Positions 1 to 11,614 of a stretch of DNA of 64,000 bases are shown here, in pieces (position 1 is the first letter of the stretch; every line of letters starts with the position of its first letter). This DNA comes from Camelus dromedarius (taxonomy: Eukaryota). The position numbers were made by a program, and so were the translations under genes. The DNA is taken from the NCBI RefSeq assembly GCF_036321535.1, contig NC_087437.1, positions 41,294,001 through 41,358,000 of the forward strand. The letters are read 5' to 3'. The notes under the pieces are model-generated. The model was not told the origin of the DNA. It worked only from the letters and a program-made list of their open reading frames with translations, and ran no database searches.

Positions 1-1015
1 ATTTTTCCAGTACATGAGCACAGAATATCTTTTCATTTATTTGTGTCTTCTTCAATTTCTTTCATCAGTGTCTTATAGTTTTCAGTGTACATGTCTTTCA
101 CCTCTTTGGTTACATTTATTCCTAGGTAGTTTATTCTTATTGATGTGATTGTAAATGGGACTGTTTTCTTAATTTCTCTTTCTGACAGTTCATTTTTAGT
201 GGATAGAAATACAACAGATTTCCACAGATTGATTTTGTGTCCTACAACTTTACTGAATTCATTCGTTACTTCTAACAGTTTTTTTGCTGGAGTCTTTAGG
301 GTTTTCTACATATAAAATCAATGCCATTCACAAGTAGTAGGACAGTTTTCCTTCTTCCTTTTCAATCTGGATGACTTTTACTTATTTTTCTGGCTAGAAC
401 TTCCAATACTATGTTGAATACAAGTGGCGAGATGGGGCATCCGTGTTTTGTTCCTGATCTTTGGGGGTTGGCTTTTAGCTTTTCACCACCAAGTGTGATG
501 TTAACTGTGGGCTTGTCATACATATATGGCCTTTGTTATGTTAAGCTATGTTCCCTCTATACATATTTTTTGAGAGTTTTTCATCACAAATGGATGTTGA
601 ATTCTGTCAAAAGCTTTTTCTGCATCTACTGAAGTAATCCTATGATTCTTAACCCCTCGTTTTGTTAACGTGGTGTATCACATTGATTGACTTGCAGGTG
701 TTGAACCTTCCTTGCATCCCTTGAGTAAATCCCTCTTGATCATGGTGTATGAGATTGTTGAATTCGGTTGACTAATATTTTGCTGAGGATTTTTGCATCT
801 CTGTTCAACAGGAATACCGGCTTGTAGTTTCCTTTTCTTGTACTGTCCTTATCTGGTTTTGGTATCGGGATAATGCTGACCTTATCAAATGATTGTGGAA
901 GTGCTCCCTTCTCTCATTTTTGGGAAGAGTTTGAGAAGGATTGGTATTAATTCTCTAAATGTTTGGTAGAATTCACCAGTGAAGCCAACTGGTCCTGAAC
1001 TTTTGTTTGTTGGGA
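1..1015 (-). mobile_element. LINE-1 ORF2 fragment (degenerate, runs off the window start)
   Basis: The plus strand is the antisense of L1 ORF2. The reverse complement near 10-35 reads KDILCSC (L1 consensus KDIPCSW). Typical antisense L1 motifs include 'ttccaatactatgttgaata' and 'gtttggtagaattcaccagtgaagcca'. Confidence 0.95.
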
Positions 1016-1156
1016 GTGGTGGGCATTATTTTAATTAAAAAATTAATTTAAAAATAGTATTGTTGTACATGTACAATGTAGTAACTTACAAGATAAGTAA
1101 GTTTCTGTGATCTGGTCTAGGAAGTGAATGGTCATTTATAACAACTGTCGACTGTC

Positions 1157-1362
1157 GACAAATTAAATCTGGCTCGTTGCTTGTTTTTATAAATAAAGTT
1201 TTACTGGAACACAGTCACACAGCCATTTTTTTTACATATTGTCTAGGGCTGCTTTTTGCTACAACAACAGAGTTAAGTAGTTGCAGCAGAGAGTGTACAG
1301 CTCACAAAACCTTCAAAATTTACTATCTGGCCCTTTACACAAAAATTTCACTGATTCCTGAT
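1157..1362. mobile_element. hAT-Charlie MITE, MER58A-like
   Basis: 'ataaataaagttttactggaacacagtcac...agagttaagtagttgcagcagag...aaatttactatctggccctttac' matches the remembered MER58A consensus. Confidence 0.88.
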
Positions 1363-1449
1363 TTGTAACACTGATTTTTCTGGAAAAATGTTGTTAGAGA
1401 AGAGTCAGTTTCTAAGTTGAGGGCTGCCTCTCTTCTGAGCGTAGCTCAC

Positions 1450-1646
1450 CTAATAGACAGAGACATGCCCCAAGACTAAATGTCCAATGTTTTCTTGTTT
1501 GGGGCATGTTAAAGGTGAACATAAGATTCCTATCTCCTTTATACAGCAATGGGAAGAATCTGTCATTACATTGTAATTCTCCTGACCTTTCAGATGACAG
1601 GAAGAACCTGGCTCTTGTGTTTTTATTGCTACATGCTGGGCACTAC
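1450..1646 (-). other. Weak candidate 197-nt exon ending in a stop codon
   Basis: Minus strand reads gttgttcttttttgacag|GTAGTG...TATTAG|gtgagc. One frame is open to a TAG at the last three bases. No homology recognised. Confidence 0.2.
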
Positions 1647-2569
1647 CTGTCAAAAAAGAACAACGTTTACATGCTGACATAAAAAATGAATTTCTGCCTT
1701 TATCTCAATGTAGATACTAGAATAAAACCTACCAACGTCAACTAACACAAGCAGCCAGTATTCTAGGTCAAAGACTCAGCAGCTGGGCATTAAAACACAT
1801 ACTATAGATTGTTTTTTTAAAGATACACTAGTCTGAATGCCACATCCTTGGTGTTTATTCATCACAGTCCTTTAAATTGCCACATTGCCTGGAGGTAAAT
1901 CCAAATTATAGGAAGAGAAGATAGGAAAGAAAGTAATGGCCTGCTAATAAAATTTTTTAAAAATAGCAGTATTCTTCCTAAATGAGAAGGGCTGACTTTG
2001 CCTAAATTGTGTATTCAGAATGAACATCAAAAAATCATACCTGTTCAGTATTAACTAGTTCATAGGAGGTCCATCTGCATAGAACTCATCTGACGTTCAA
2101 AAGAATTTACATTTGAGACAAAAGTCTTTATTCCGTATCAAGGATTCTCCATGGATGTGGGATGGCAGAATGTGCAGGGTTCATGTCCCTTAGAATTGTA
2201 TCAGAATTTCTGGGTAGAAGGAGCCTTTTTAAATCCCTCTTCCCCAAGTTAGTGAAAAACATTACTGTACTGATTAGAATTTGTAGCCTCAAGAACGTTG
2301 ATTAAAAAGGTAGTACTATGTAATTTTCCTCCACAGGAGAAAAAAAGACTCCCAGCAGGATCTCATAATTCTCAGTATTTGGATGAAATTTTATATCTAG
2401 ACATTTATGGACAAAACTGTGTATAACCAGCAAAAAAAAAGTATAAGCCAATTTTGAAAGTAAGATGTTAACTTACTAACTCTGGCATTTAATAAACTAA
2501 AAAAGGAACTCATTTGAAGGTATCTACTAAGATATATCAATTCACATCCTTGTACCCAGTTTTGACATG

Positions 2570-2730
2570 TTAAATTATTTCTAGAGGCAGAACTTCAAGG
2601 TCAAAAGGCTTGCATCTTTTTAGAACCTTTGATAACAGATCTCCTAACTGACTTCCCAAGAATTGTATCAAGTTGCCCTCCCACTCCCAGTATACGACTG
2701 TGCCAGGCAGCCACCCCTTTGCCAACTCTA
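2570..2730 (-). mobile_element. Old L1 (L1ME-like) 3' fragment
   Basis: Degenerate 'ttctagaggcagaactt...ggtcaaaagg...ttcccaagaattgtatcaagttgccctcccac' resembles antisense L1M 3' sequence. Confidence 0.6.
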
Positions 2731-2869
2731 GCTCCTTGCATTCATTTCCATAATTTACTATCTGAATGATGCTCAGAATGGTTCATAATTTGGTCAGGGC
2801 TTTGTCTGAGCTGCTTTTACCCAAGACACTAAGCATCTTTTGCATCAGCAACAATGATGATTAGAAACA

Positions 2870-3100
2870 ACTGCAAACATTTAGAACAATAGCTTTGTTC
2901 TAAGCATGTCACAGGTTTTATCTAATTTAATTGATACAACAACTCTATAATGGGGTACTATTATTAGCATTTCCATTTTATAGATGAGGAAACTAAGGCA
3001 CACAGAGATGAGGTAAGTTGCCCAAGCCCACAAAGCTGATAAAAGTTAGAATTTGGATTCAAACTCATGTAGTCTCATGCTAGAGTCCTTCAGAATCAAC
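2870..3100 (-). mobile_element. MIR SINE
   Basis: MIR core in reverse: 'ccattttatagatgaggaaactaaggcacacagag...aagttgcccaag'. Confidence 0.9.
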
Positions 3101-3569
3101 CTTGCCTCTCCAGGTATCCATGCATACCTGCTTATAGCCCACTCATCATATGGGAAAAGAGTCACATAACTAGAAAGATCACCATCCATTCCTGATCTCA
3201 GGAAAACAGCTATGGTATCTATAGTTGTACAGATGTAAGCTTACTTAAATACAGTTAGCCAAGTCTTTTCCCATCTGGAATCTGTTCCCTTTTAAATCAG
3301 AACCTATGCCCTGCCCCTTCCCTCCTGGATACATGGCACTCCTGAATAGACAGGCACTAACTCTCTGTATCATTCACACCAGGCAGTAGGCCACGGCTTT
3401 CAGCCTTGCACCTCCTGGATGGCCTTAGCCCTGCCCAATATCCAGGCAGTCACATAAAGTGTCAGCTGAGCTGCAACAGCTCTCACAACCACTGTAGTTC
3501 TATCTGCACACCGTAGACGAGACTTTCTGAACAGGGTAACAGACTCTTGGGTTTTAAGGGGCAATTGAG

Positions 3570-3782
3570 CATCATGTGTGAGGCGCCGGCCTCCAGGGTC
3601 CACCACTTAGGAGCTGTGTGTCCTTGGATCAGATGCTTCATCTCTAACGTCAGTTTTTGCATCTGTAAAGTAAGGATAAAAATACGTACAGCTTGTAGAG
3701 CTGATATGAAGAAATGTCTATAAAATGCTTGGCACTATGCCTAACACGTAGTAAATTCCTGATCAGTAGTAGTTATTGTTAT
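3570..3782 (+). mobile_element. MIR SINE
   Basis: 'gctgtgtgtccttgg...tcagtttttgcatctgtaaagtaaggataa...aatgcttggcactatgcctaacacgtagtaa'. Confidence 0.85.
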
Positions 3783-3900
3783 TTCCCAAAGTTTTCAATG
3801 TTAGCTCCTTTTGTTATTTCTCTTGATCCCACCTGAGAACTATCATATGCTATGTGGTCCAAACCCTCTAAATAAAACATTGCCTCCAAAAGAACAATTC

Positions 3901-4044
3901 AGGGGGAGGGTATAGCTCAGTGGCAGAGTGCATGCTTAGCATGCACAAGGTCCTGGGTTCAATCCTCAGTATTTCTGTTAAGAAAGAGATAAATAAATAA
4001 AAACCTAATTACCTCCCCCACTTGAGAAAAAGAAAATAAATAAG
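3901..4044 (+). mobile_element. tRNA-derived SINE, camelid Vic-1-like, with target-site duplication
   Basis: A box 'tagctcagtgg', B box 'ggttcaatcc' and A-rich tail. Flanked by CAAAAGAACAATTC (3887-3900) and CAAAAGAACAATCC (4045-4058). Confidence 0.92.
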
Positions 4045-4109
4045 CAAAAGAACAATCCTTCAGAGATGTATCAAAAGATGAAATAAAAGCATTCTCCACT
4101 TTAAAAGGA

Positions 4110-4327
4110 ATCAATATTAATGTATAATATTATATAAAATTTTAACATCAGATCTATAAGTTTTAGGAGCATGAGGTTACAATAAATTAGAGATAATAAT
4201 TTAATACTTATTACCCAATGAATATTAACATTAATATACTATTTATTAATATTAATAGTCAATCTAATTATTAATATTAATGTAAACATATACAATAATT
4301 ACTGTAATAACAATAGAGAGAGAGAGA
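4110..4327. repeat. AT-rich low-complexity tract ending in a short (AG)n
   Basis: Repeated aatatt/attaat words, then agagagagagag. Confidence 0.7.
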
Positions 4328-4789
4328 TTTCATGTTACCATCATGCTGACTGACAACATCTATAACAGTCAATGAAACAGATGGTTCTGGGAACCTACCC
4401 AATAAACAGTCTCAGCCACACTTCAAAGTGAAGTATCCCTTTGAAGAAGCAAGGGATTAATCATATCCCTACAGAATGCATAGCATTAAACACCAATAGT
4501 TCCCATCTATTACAGGGAAATAGAATATTCTGGATAAATTGAGGTGTACGAGATCTAGCCCCCAAATTTTGCTTGGACGTAAACCACTTTCTATTTCCCT
4601 GTGTCTCTGAAAAATAAAAGTACTCTGAAGGTGAAACACTGAAGAGAGGGGAAGAAAGGTGGGAGGCAGCCTCCCATGTGCTTTCTCATAGGAAAAATCC
4701 AAAGCTGGCGAGGAAGAGGAATGGCCTTACACAGGCAACAAGTTTTGACCACGTTAGATCACATGCAGGCGTTTCCTCCGGGTAGCAAA

Positions 4790-5030
4790 GGGTATAAAGA
4801 CTTTGCTTTCAAGCCAGATAGACACAAGTTCAAATTCTGATGCTGCTACTTAATCTCTGCGAAACCATGAATGAGTTATTTATCTTCTTTTAGTCTCAGT
4901 TTCTTAATCTGCAAATGGGGATAGTACCAGAATCTACTTCATAGGGCTGTTGTGAGGGTTAAATAAGTTAATACACATAAAGTGCTTATTAAGACAGAGC
5001 CTAGTCCAAATGAGCAAACAATACATTTTA
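4790..5030 (+). mobile_element. MIR SINE
   Basis: 'gtctcagtttcttaatctgcaaatggggatagta...cttcatagggctgttgtgagggttaaataagttaatacacataaagtgctta'. Confidence 0.9.
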
Positions 5031-6884
5031 AATATCATTAACATTTCTGATATCTCAGTAAGTTAACACTTAAACTGTAGCATGTCTACATTACATACAC
5101 ACACACATTTATATGCATCTCAGACAGCCCTCTGGATCGTCCGTACATGGAGGTTAGTGAGGGTAATGTTCGCCATCGTACAGGACAATTTAAAAACTGT
5201 AATGAAGTGAGCTGGCATTGTGTCCCGCACTCACAGCACAGCCTCGAGAGGAGATCTAGAGAATGAGGGTCTGGGCTACAGGAAACCATCTCGGCCACGA
5301 TCAGTGTCTTCAATTCCGGTACATATTAAAATCTTTGCTTATCATCAAAATAACATTTTGCTCACAGCATCAGGACAAGATTGCCATCCCATGAATCACA
5401 AAGAAGAGAAAGAAGAGCCAGCAGGAGTATTTATAGGTCACTGACTTGATGCAGGGCCAAAGGATTCTTTTAACCACCATCTCTGCCAAAGGAACTATCT
5501 GTGGATTCTCCTAATGGTATCTTGAAGCATTTTAAAATAACAAATGAAACTGAAAAGAAAAAGATACTGAAACAGTTATACTGAACTGTTCTCTAAAGCT
5601 CATGACAAATGATGTAAAAAAGTCTCATGAAAGAGAAACATTATTTTCCTTCTGTGAGATTCAAAGCACAAACTTAGAATGTAAAACTTGACAAAAGAGA
5701 GGGGAGAGGCGTGATGGCACCAGGAGGCAGATAGAACCCTAATCTTATAACAGACCCGGACAATTGCTGTTCTTAATTATATGGCAGAACGATGTAGGTG
5801 GGCTCCTTAAAGGCTGGGACCCAGTGTGTGTCACCTGCACAATGAGAGAGGAACCCTGACACATACAGGTCCCCTTCCACACTACCTTCTTAAGGAAACT
5901 CTTGTGAATAAGAAAACAGTGGCCTTTACAGAGGATTAATTTTATTTAAATTGTGTAAACTAGAAATTTATCAGTTTCTTGTGGTGGAGTCAGAGGAAGC
6001 TACATTTTATACTAACTTTTAAAAAATCTCATGTGTTGCTAGTAACTGACCAAATTCTCCCTGGATTTCACATGTATCAGGAAAAGGAGCTAAGAAAAAA
6101 ATAGTCTTCTGAAATGTTTCCTGGATTCTTTCCTCTTTTTCCACAAAAATAGAACTACCCTTTTTTCCTTTTTTTTGATGGGAGATGAGGATTATATACG
6201 AGATTTGGCAGCTTCGAGGCACTTATGAGAAAGCCAATTGTATAACTACAGGAAGTAGATCCCCAAAATTATTCACTTAGGAGAATTTCAAACTTTGGTG
6301 TTAAAGCTTCAAAATAAGAATCGTCACCATCGCTGAATGCGCCCTCTCTCCAAGGAGCTGAGGAGTTCAGGCTTGCTGATTACCAATTAAGGACTCTGAA
6401 AAAGACAGACTTTCGGCAGCCAGCCAAAGCTGGTCATCCGGGAGAATCCATAGCTCCTGCCCTCTGTAAACCAAGAAGAGGAAGTAGAAGTCTGAGGAGC
6501 CTGGAAGAAACTTCATGGATACAGGGCTACAGGGATGGTGGCTGAGGAGCAGGAATTCCCACCACCCAGATAGAGTTCTGGAAGCCGGCGTCAACTGCCA
6601 GGCACGGCAATGCCAGTAATCGGTTCCCAGAGAAGTGCCTCAAAGCACAGAGACTAGAGGATGGAGCCAGGCAGGTAGGACACTGCATGCGGATGCAAGC
6701 AGACCCATCTCCCAGAATTAATGTGGCCACTGCTTCTCTGCCATCTTCCAGGTCTCCCACACCCTCCAGGTTCCTTCAGGTAGACATCACTTGGGTCACT
6801 TGCAAGATGGATTTGTGGCACAGCTTCGTTCAGCAGAATGGTATCTCATCTCTCAAACCAAAAACTTGCTGCATTTCACGAATA

Positions 6885-7050
6885 CCTGCTCATTATTCAA
6901 TTGGAAGCATCACCTGGGAACTTGTTCATGAATGCAAATTCTTGGCCCCACACTAGACCTATGATTAAAACTTTCTGGGAAGGGCTCAGCAGTTTGTGTA
7001 CTGACAAGTTCTCCTAGGGATTCTGATGCACATTAAAGTTTGAGAACTCC
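6885..7050. mobile_element. hAT-Charlie MITE, MER5A-like
   Basis: 'gcatcacctgggaacttgtt...aatgcaaattctt...gattctgatgcacattaaagtttgagaac'. Confidence 0.88.
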
Positions 7051-7221
7051 CGAGCATCCTAGAGCAACACAAAAATTAGCTTTGAAAACATCTGGATGCA
7101 CGTTGGGCAACAGGTAGGTACAGAAATAGAAGAAACCTTCTCTGTCCACGATTGGTTTCCACTCCCAAATTATTTTACTTAATAGTTCCCCTTTGCCAAA
7201 AATATCCCCTCACGTGCAGCA

Positions 7222-7261
7222 ATTTTTTTTATTGTGGTATAGCTGATTTACAGTGTTGTGT
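7222..7261 (-). mobile_element. Extremely 5'-truncated L1 3' terminus (about 40 bp) with TSD
   Basis: The reverse complement cacaacactgtaaatcagctataccacaataaaaaaaa matches the L1 ends at 34731-34762 and 34920-34950. Flanked by GTGCAGCA at 7214-7221 and 7262-7269. Confidence 0.8.
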
Positions 7262-8199
7262 GTGCAGCATTTTATAATGAGCAATCTGCTGCAAATAGCC
7301 AGTCCCCTGGCTATGCAAATTCCCCTGCCTTTGTACCTTTGTAGTTTCTCTCAAAATTGCACATTAAGAGGTCTGTCTTTTAGACATTTTTTATCACCCA
7401 TAGGGTAATACAAACCCTCCACAAGCTGTAGCTAATATGAACTCATACAATAATAAGTAATTTAGGGAGCAAGCACTCAAATTAGTAAGGCCTAGTTTCC
7501 TGTAGATTACCAAAGGGTGAGGAGGTGGAAATGGGGGAGAACTCAGATAAAATGTGCATTGACTTAGAGGCAGAAAGGAAGCAGAAAATTTATTCTGAAC
7601 AGATGCCAAGCCTTTGCCACATGCTTACAGTAAGAAAAATGGAGAGTAGGGAAAATTATTTTTAAGACCTTCTTTCCTTGAGAACCAAGTTAATAATAGC
7701 CCTGCTTTAAGATATTAGGTAAATACTTTTTCAATGAAAGACATTAGGCAAACACAAAATATGAGCATGAAATATGCCTGAAGTTACTTAAAGGATACCA
7801 GGCTATTTATCTTCCATGAACAGGAATTACCTGTCTTCAATGATAAAATTCAAGCAGATAAATTTTTGATAAAACCATTTTCTTTATAAGCTGTTAATAA
7901 TTTATCATTTATACCCAAGGCTGGGACAAACACACCAGCCATTGAAATTCCTCAGCAACACTCTGGCTGCTGAGTTTGTCAGCAATAGAAATATGTTAGC
8001 CTGCCTGATTTTCACTGCGTTTCCTCAAAGAAAAAAGTTGATTAGAAACCAAGAGTGTAGAGACGATGTGATGGAGAAGAAAGTGATGAACAAAGAATAA
8101 GAATATTACTGATGCATCCATTGTAACTTTCAATCTATTTGTCAGATGTTAAAACAATTAATCCTTATTCTTTCATTTGGCAGATAAGAAGGCTGTAGC

Positions 8200-8370
8200 C
8201 CAGCAGTTCGCAACCCTGGCTGTACATTAGACGTACCTGGAGAGCTTTAAAAAAACAAAAAACAAATAACCCTGCCATCTCCACCACAGAACAACTGGAT
8301 CATAGTGTCTGGGGATGAGACCCCGCATCGGTGACTCTGCTGCTTCACGAGGGTTGACAGACACTGTTCT
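8200..8370. mobile_element. hAT-Charlie MITE, MER5B-like
   Basis: 'cagttcgcaaccctggctgtacattagacgtacctggagagctttaaaaaa...gggttgacagacactgttcta'. Confidence 0.7.
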
Positions 8371-8710
8371 AGGAGAGTCCTTTATGCAAATCAGTTTGAG
8401 ACAGACTGGTTATTTGGGGACTTCTGGTCATTTAGTGGACTGGTCCCCTCCATTCCTGAAGGATGAGGAGAAGGACACAGCCTTATTTGCTTAGCTTAGC
8501 ATTCCTGGGAGATGTCAAATGTACCCTGTGGTCATGAAGGAGGAAAAAAACTTAATTCAGTGTATCTTGGTTACCCTTTGGTGGGAAGAGAGGGGAGTAG
8601 GCTGATGGTGAGCCACTGAAATAGTATGTCTGAATTAACTGGGACGGCGAAGGCACAAAGGGAGGGAGCTGGGTTAGCTGTTATTCTTAACAATGCTCCC
8701 CCTCTTCTTC

Positions 8711-8711
<1 letters not shown>

Positions 8712-8747
<36 letters not shown>
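8712..8747. repeat. (TCA)12 microsatellite, preceded by (TCT)3
   Basis: Counted directly. Confidence 0.98.
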
Positions 8748-10979
8748 GATAAGGCAGCCCTAATACAGTACTTAGAACACAAACTACCTGGAAATGTAGG
8801 GAAGTGAGGACCTATTTAGACATCTCGGGAAGAAACCTAGATCGTCCAGAACCTCACAGTCTATGTCATTCTTTCATAATCTCTGATAGCAAAAGTGTAT
8901 ATTGTAAACTGAGACAGAAAATTTTATAGGCAGAAACATCACCTGGGAGAGCAAATAGATATTTTAACATTTGTTCTGACTCAAGTAACATTAACTGGTA
9001 CCAAATACAAGACAGAGCCATGCAAAGTAGTTCCATTTACATAATCTCATTTATGACACATTGTCGTAGTTTGTAGGGCTCTGTGTGCCATTTTCTAGTA
9101 CAGAAAAGGAACTCTTGTAATAATTACTGTAAAGCTTTAAGACACTAGTTTTACTCTGTATTTGATGTCTGTTTTTATAGTTTATTGTTGATGAGATAGT
9201 TTATATGATGCCAAGTCCTTGCTCAGATAAGCTGCTACTCTCCATGGTAATGTTCTCATAGAAAAATATGCCTGTTTTATAATAAATCACTTTGTGGTAC
9301 TGTTTCCCAGAATATGTGGAGGCTGATATAGGGGTTTCCTCCTTGGTCCTCAAGGGAAGTTAGAATGATCCTGGGTATTATATGCTGTTGCAAATCTTTT
9401 TTTCCCTAGCAAAAACTGGACAAAAATTCTGATTTTAATTGTTGAGACCGTTTTCAACTCTATCTTAGTATATAATGTCAAATCCTATTTTTATCACTGA
9501 CCCTTTTCAAATTCAATATAGCTAAACTTTAAATTCATTGTATTTATAAAGCAGCCTTAGGTATATCTAATCTATTCATTTTATGGCTTTTCCTTTGATT
9601 TTAATGCAGACTCTAGGATAAAAAGGTCACCCCAGTTGTACAGAGCCCGAATCTAACAGGATTCTGTGCCTATTGGCTTTAACTATTGGCTTGGTGACAA
9701 CCGTCTCTTCTAAAAATTTCCACTTAAGTGGAAATGATGCATTTTGGAAGCTTACTGGAAATTTTACTATATTTCACAGTGATATGGCTTTAAAAGATTA
9801 CAAGTTTTGATTCCAATCGAATCTAGTGCAACAGCAGGTCAAATAAGGTCTTGAATGCTGCTGAGTATTTTATTCAAGGTAAGTATTTACAGTACTGGTA
9901 AAACCAGTCGAGATGACCAAAGTCAGCGAACTTCCTCCTTCACATTTCTTCACCTCTTCAAGTTTATTAATCACCTTCAAATGACAACTTGACCCAAGAT
10001 GGGTTTAAAGATTCAAGTTACAACATATGCATTTTGATTACAAGTGTCCATTCAGAGAGAATGGTTCAAGAAGCACAGAGGGAAACTCATTACCTCCAGA
10101 ATAGATTAAGGGGAAGTGGAAATAAAATGTGGTTAGGATTGCCCTACATGAGGTGTTAGGAAGCCTGAATGGTAGCCCTGGTTGTGGGCTGACTAACTGT
10201 ATGTCCCTCCCTCAGAAGCAGACATTAAGTATCTCTTGGTCTTTAAAGTAGACATTAAAGCTTTCTTAAAGGTGAAAGCACCTGTAAAGAAAGAATATGA
10301 AAATGTCTTTCTCTAGGATTCCTTCCCATCTTTCAAAGGCTATATTTCTAAGTAAACTTGGAATTTGGTTTTAGTAGGGTCTTAAAAACGCTTCATCTTT
10401 CCAATTAAAAATGTTCCATCTCCTATAAATGTCACTACCGATCTGATATCCTGCCATGACAGTCCAGACATGAGACAGGAGAAAATGTGACAGGCGGGTG
10501 TAGATGCTATTCCCATCCTCTCACCACCCTGACTTTGCCAGGAGCCAGCTCAATCCTGGAACACTTCGAAAAACATGTCCTTACCACTGAAGTTCTAGAA
10601 CAGGGATTCAAATTTAGATTTGAGTTTAGATCTGAGCCCAGACATATGACTTCACACCTAGCTCTTACATTACCATTCAATCAGGGCTCGGTTTATTCCT
10701 CTCCATCGTAGAAAATAACAAATCACGTTTGCAAATGCTGTGAGATTTGAGTAGGCTAATATTTTAGGATAGAAGTAGAGGGGTATGGGAAAAAGAGCTT
10801 CTAGCACCTTGGGCTCTTGGGAAGGCATGCACCTCTATCATCACCACTGGATCATGTAACTTGTTGCAACTTGTTATTCTCAAGTGCTCAAAAATATCTA
10901 CGGATGAATGATGATGACAAAGCAGATGTCAACATCTAAATTTGATAAACTTCAAACAGGAGAAAATGTGACACGTAGG

Positions 10980-11155
10980 AAAGGGTTTAAATCCCAGCCA
11001 ACCATCATTAACTCTATGGTCCTCATCTATAAAATAGTCCATTTATAGTTTTTCTCATTGACATTATTTTGAATATTAAGTGACATATGACATGTAAAGA
11101 GCCCTGTCTAGTGCCTGGCACGTAATTGGTATGTGATAAATGGCAGTGATTAGTA
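10980..11155 (+). mobile_element. MIR SINE (degenerate)
   Basis: 'gggtttaaatcccagc...cctcatctataaaatag...atgtaaagagccctgtctagtgcctggcacgtaa'. Confidence 0.75.
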
Positions 11156-11614
11156 TGTAGCAAAATTTAACTTTATTAAGAAAAGTCAAATATCCTGGAC
11201 ATCAGATCCCATCTACTCACTGCTAATAATATTGTGAGCTACCTTTCAGGCTCCCATAGTAATCTGTGGCTTATAATTTGCCAGCAGCTTATCCTTAAGA
11301 GAAAACAATCTGTATTCCACAGAAGATAACATGTTAAATATTTTTCTTCATCTGAAACTTCCTAACCCTCACCACCTTAATTATTGAAGAAATGGCACTA
11401 TAAGTCTGAAGCTCACACACTGATAAGAAATGGAGAAACATGGTGACAAAGTGCAGTGGACTCTTTGGGAAGAGTTAATTCAAGGAAAACAGTCAGAGAA
11501 GTAGAAGGAAGGAATGGTAAGCCAAATATGATGAATTCCATGACAAGTCCATAGAACCAAAAAAGATCTGCTCTCTAACCACATTAGTCTATTCATATCA
11601 CAAACACTTGAATT

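Noticed and set aside
411..632. 73-aa plus-strand ORF
   Set aside because: Antisense frame of L1 ORF2.
1463..1509. pre-miRNA
   Set aside because: The stem is only about 11-13 bp and the flanks do not pair, too short for Drosha processing.
2041..2089. Minus-strand exon ending CAG|gtatga
   Set aside because: The acceptors are weak and the longer version has stops in all frames.
3901..3975. tRNA gene (also 39955-40027 and 61321-61385)
   Set aside because: A and B boxes are present, but the acceptor stem does not pair. A-rich tails, and a TSD on the first copy, identify these as SINEs.
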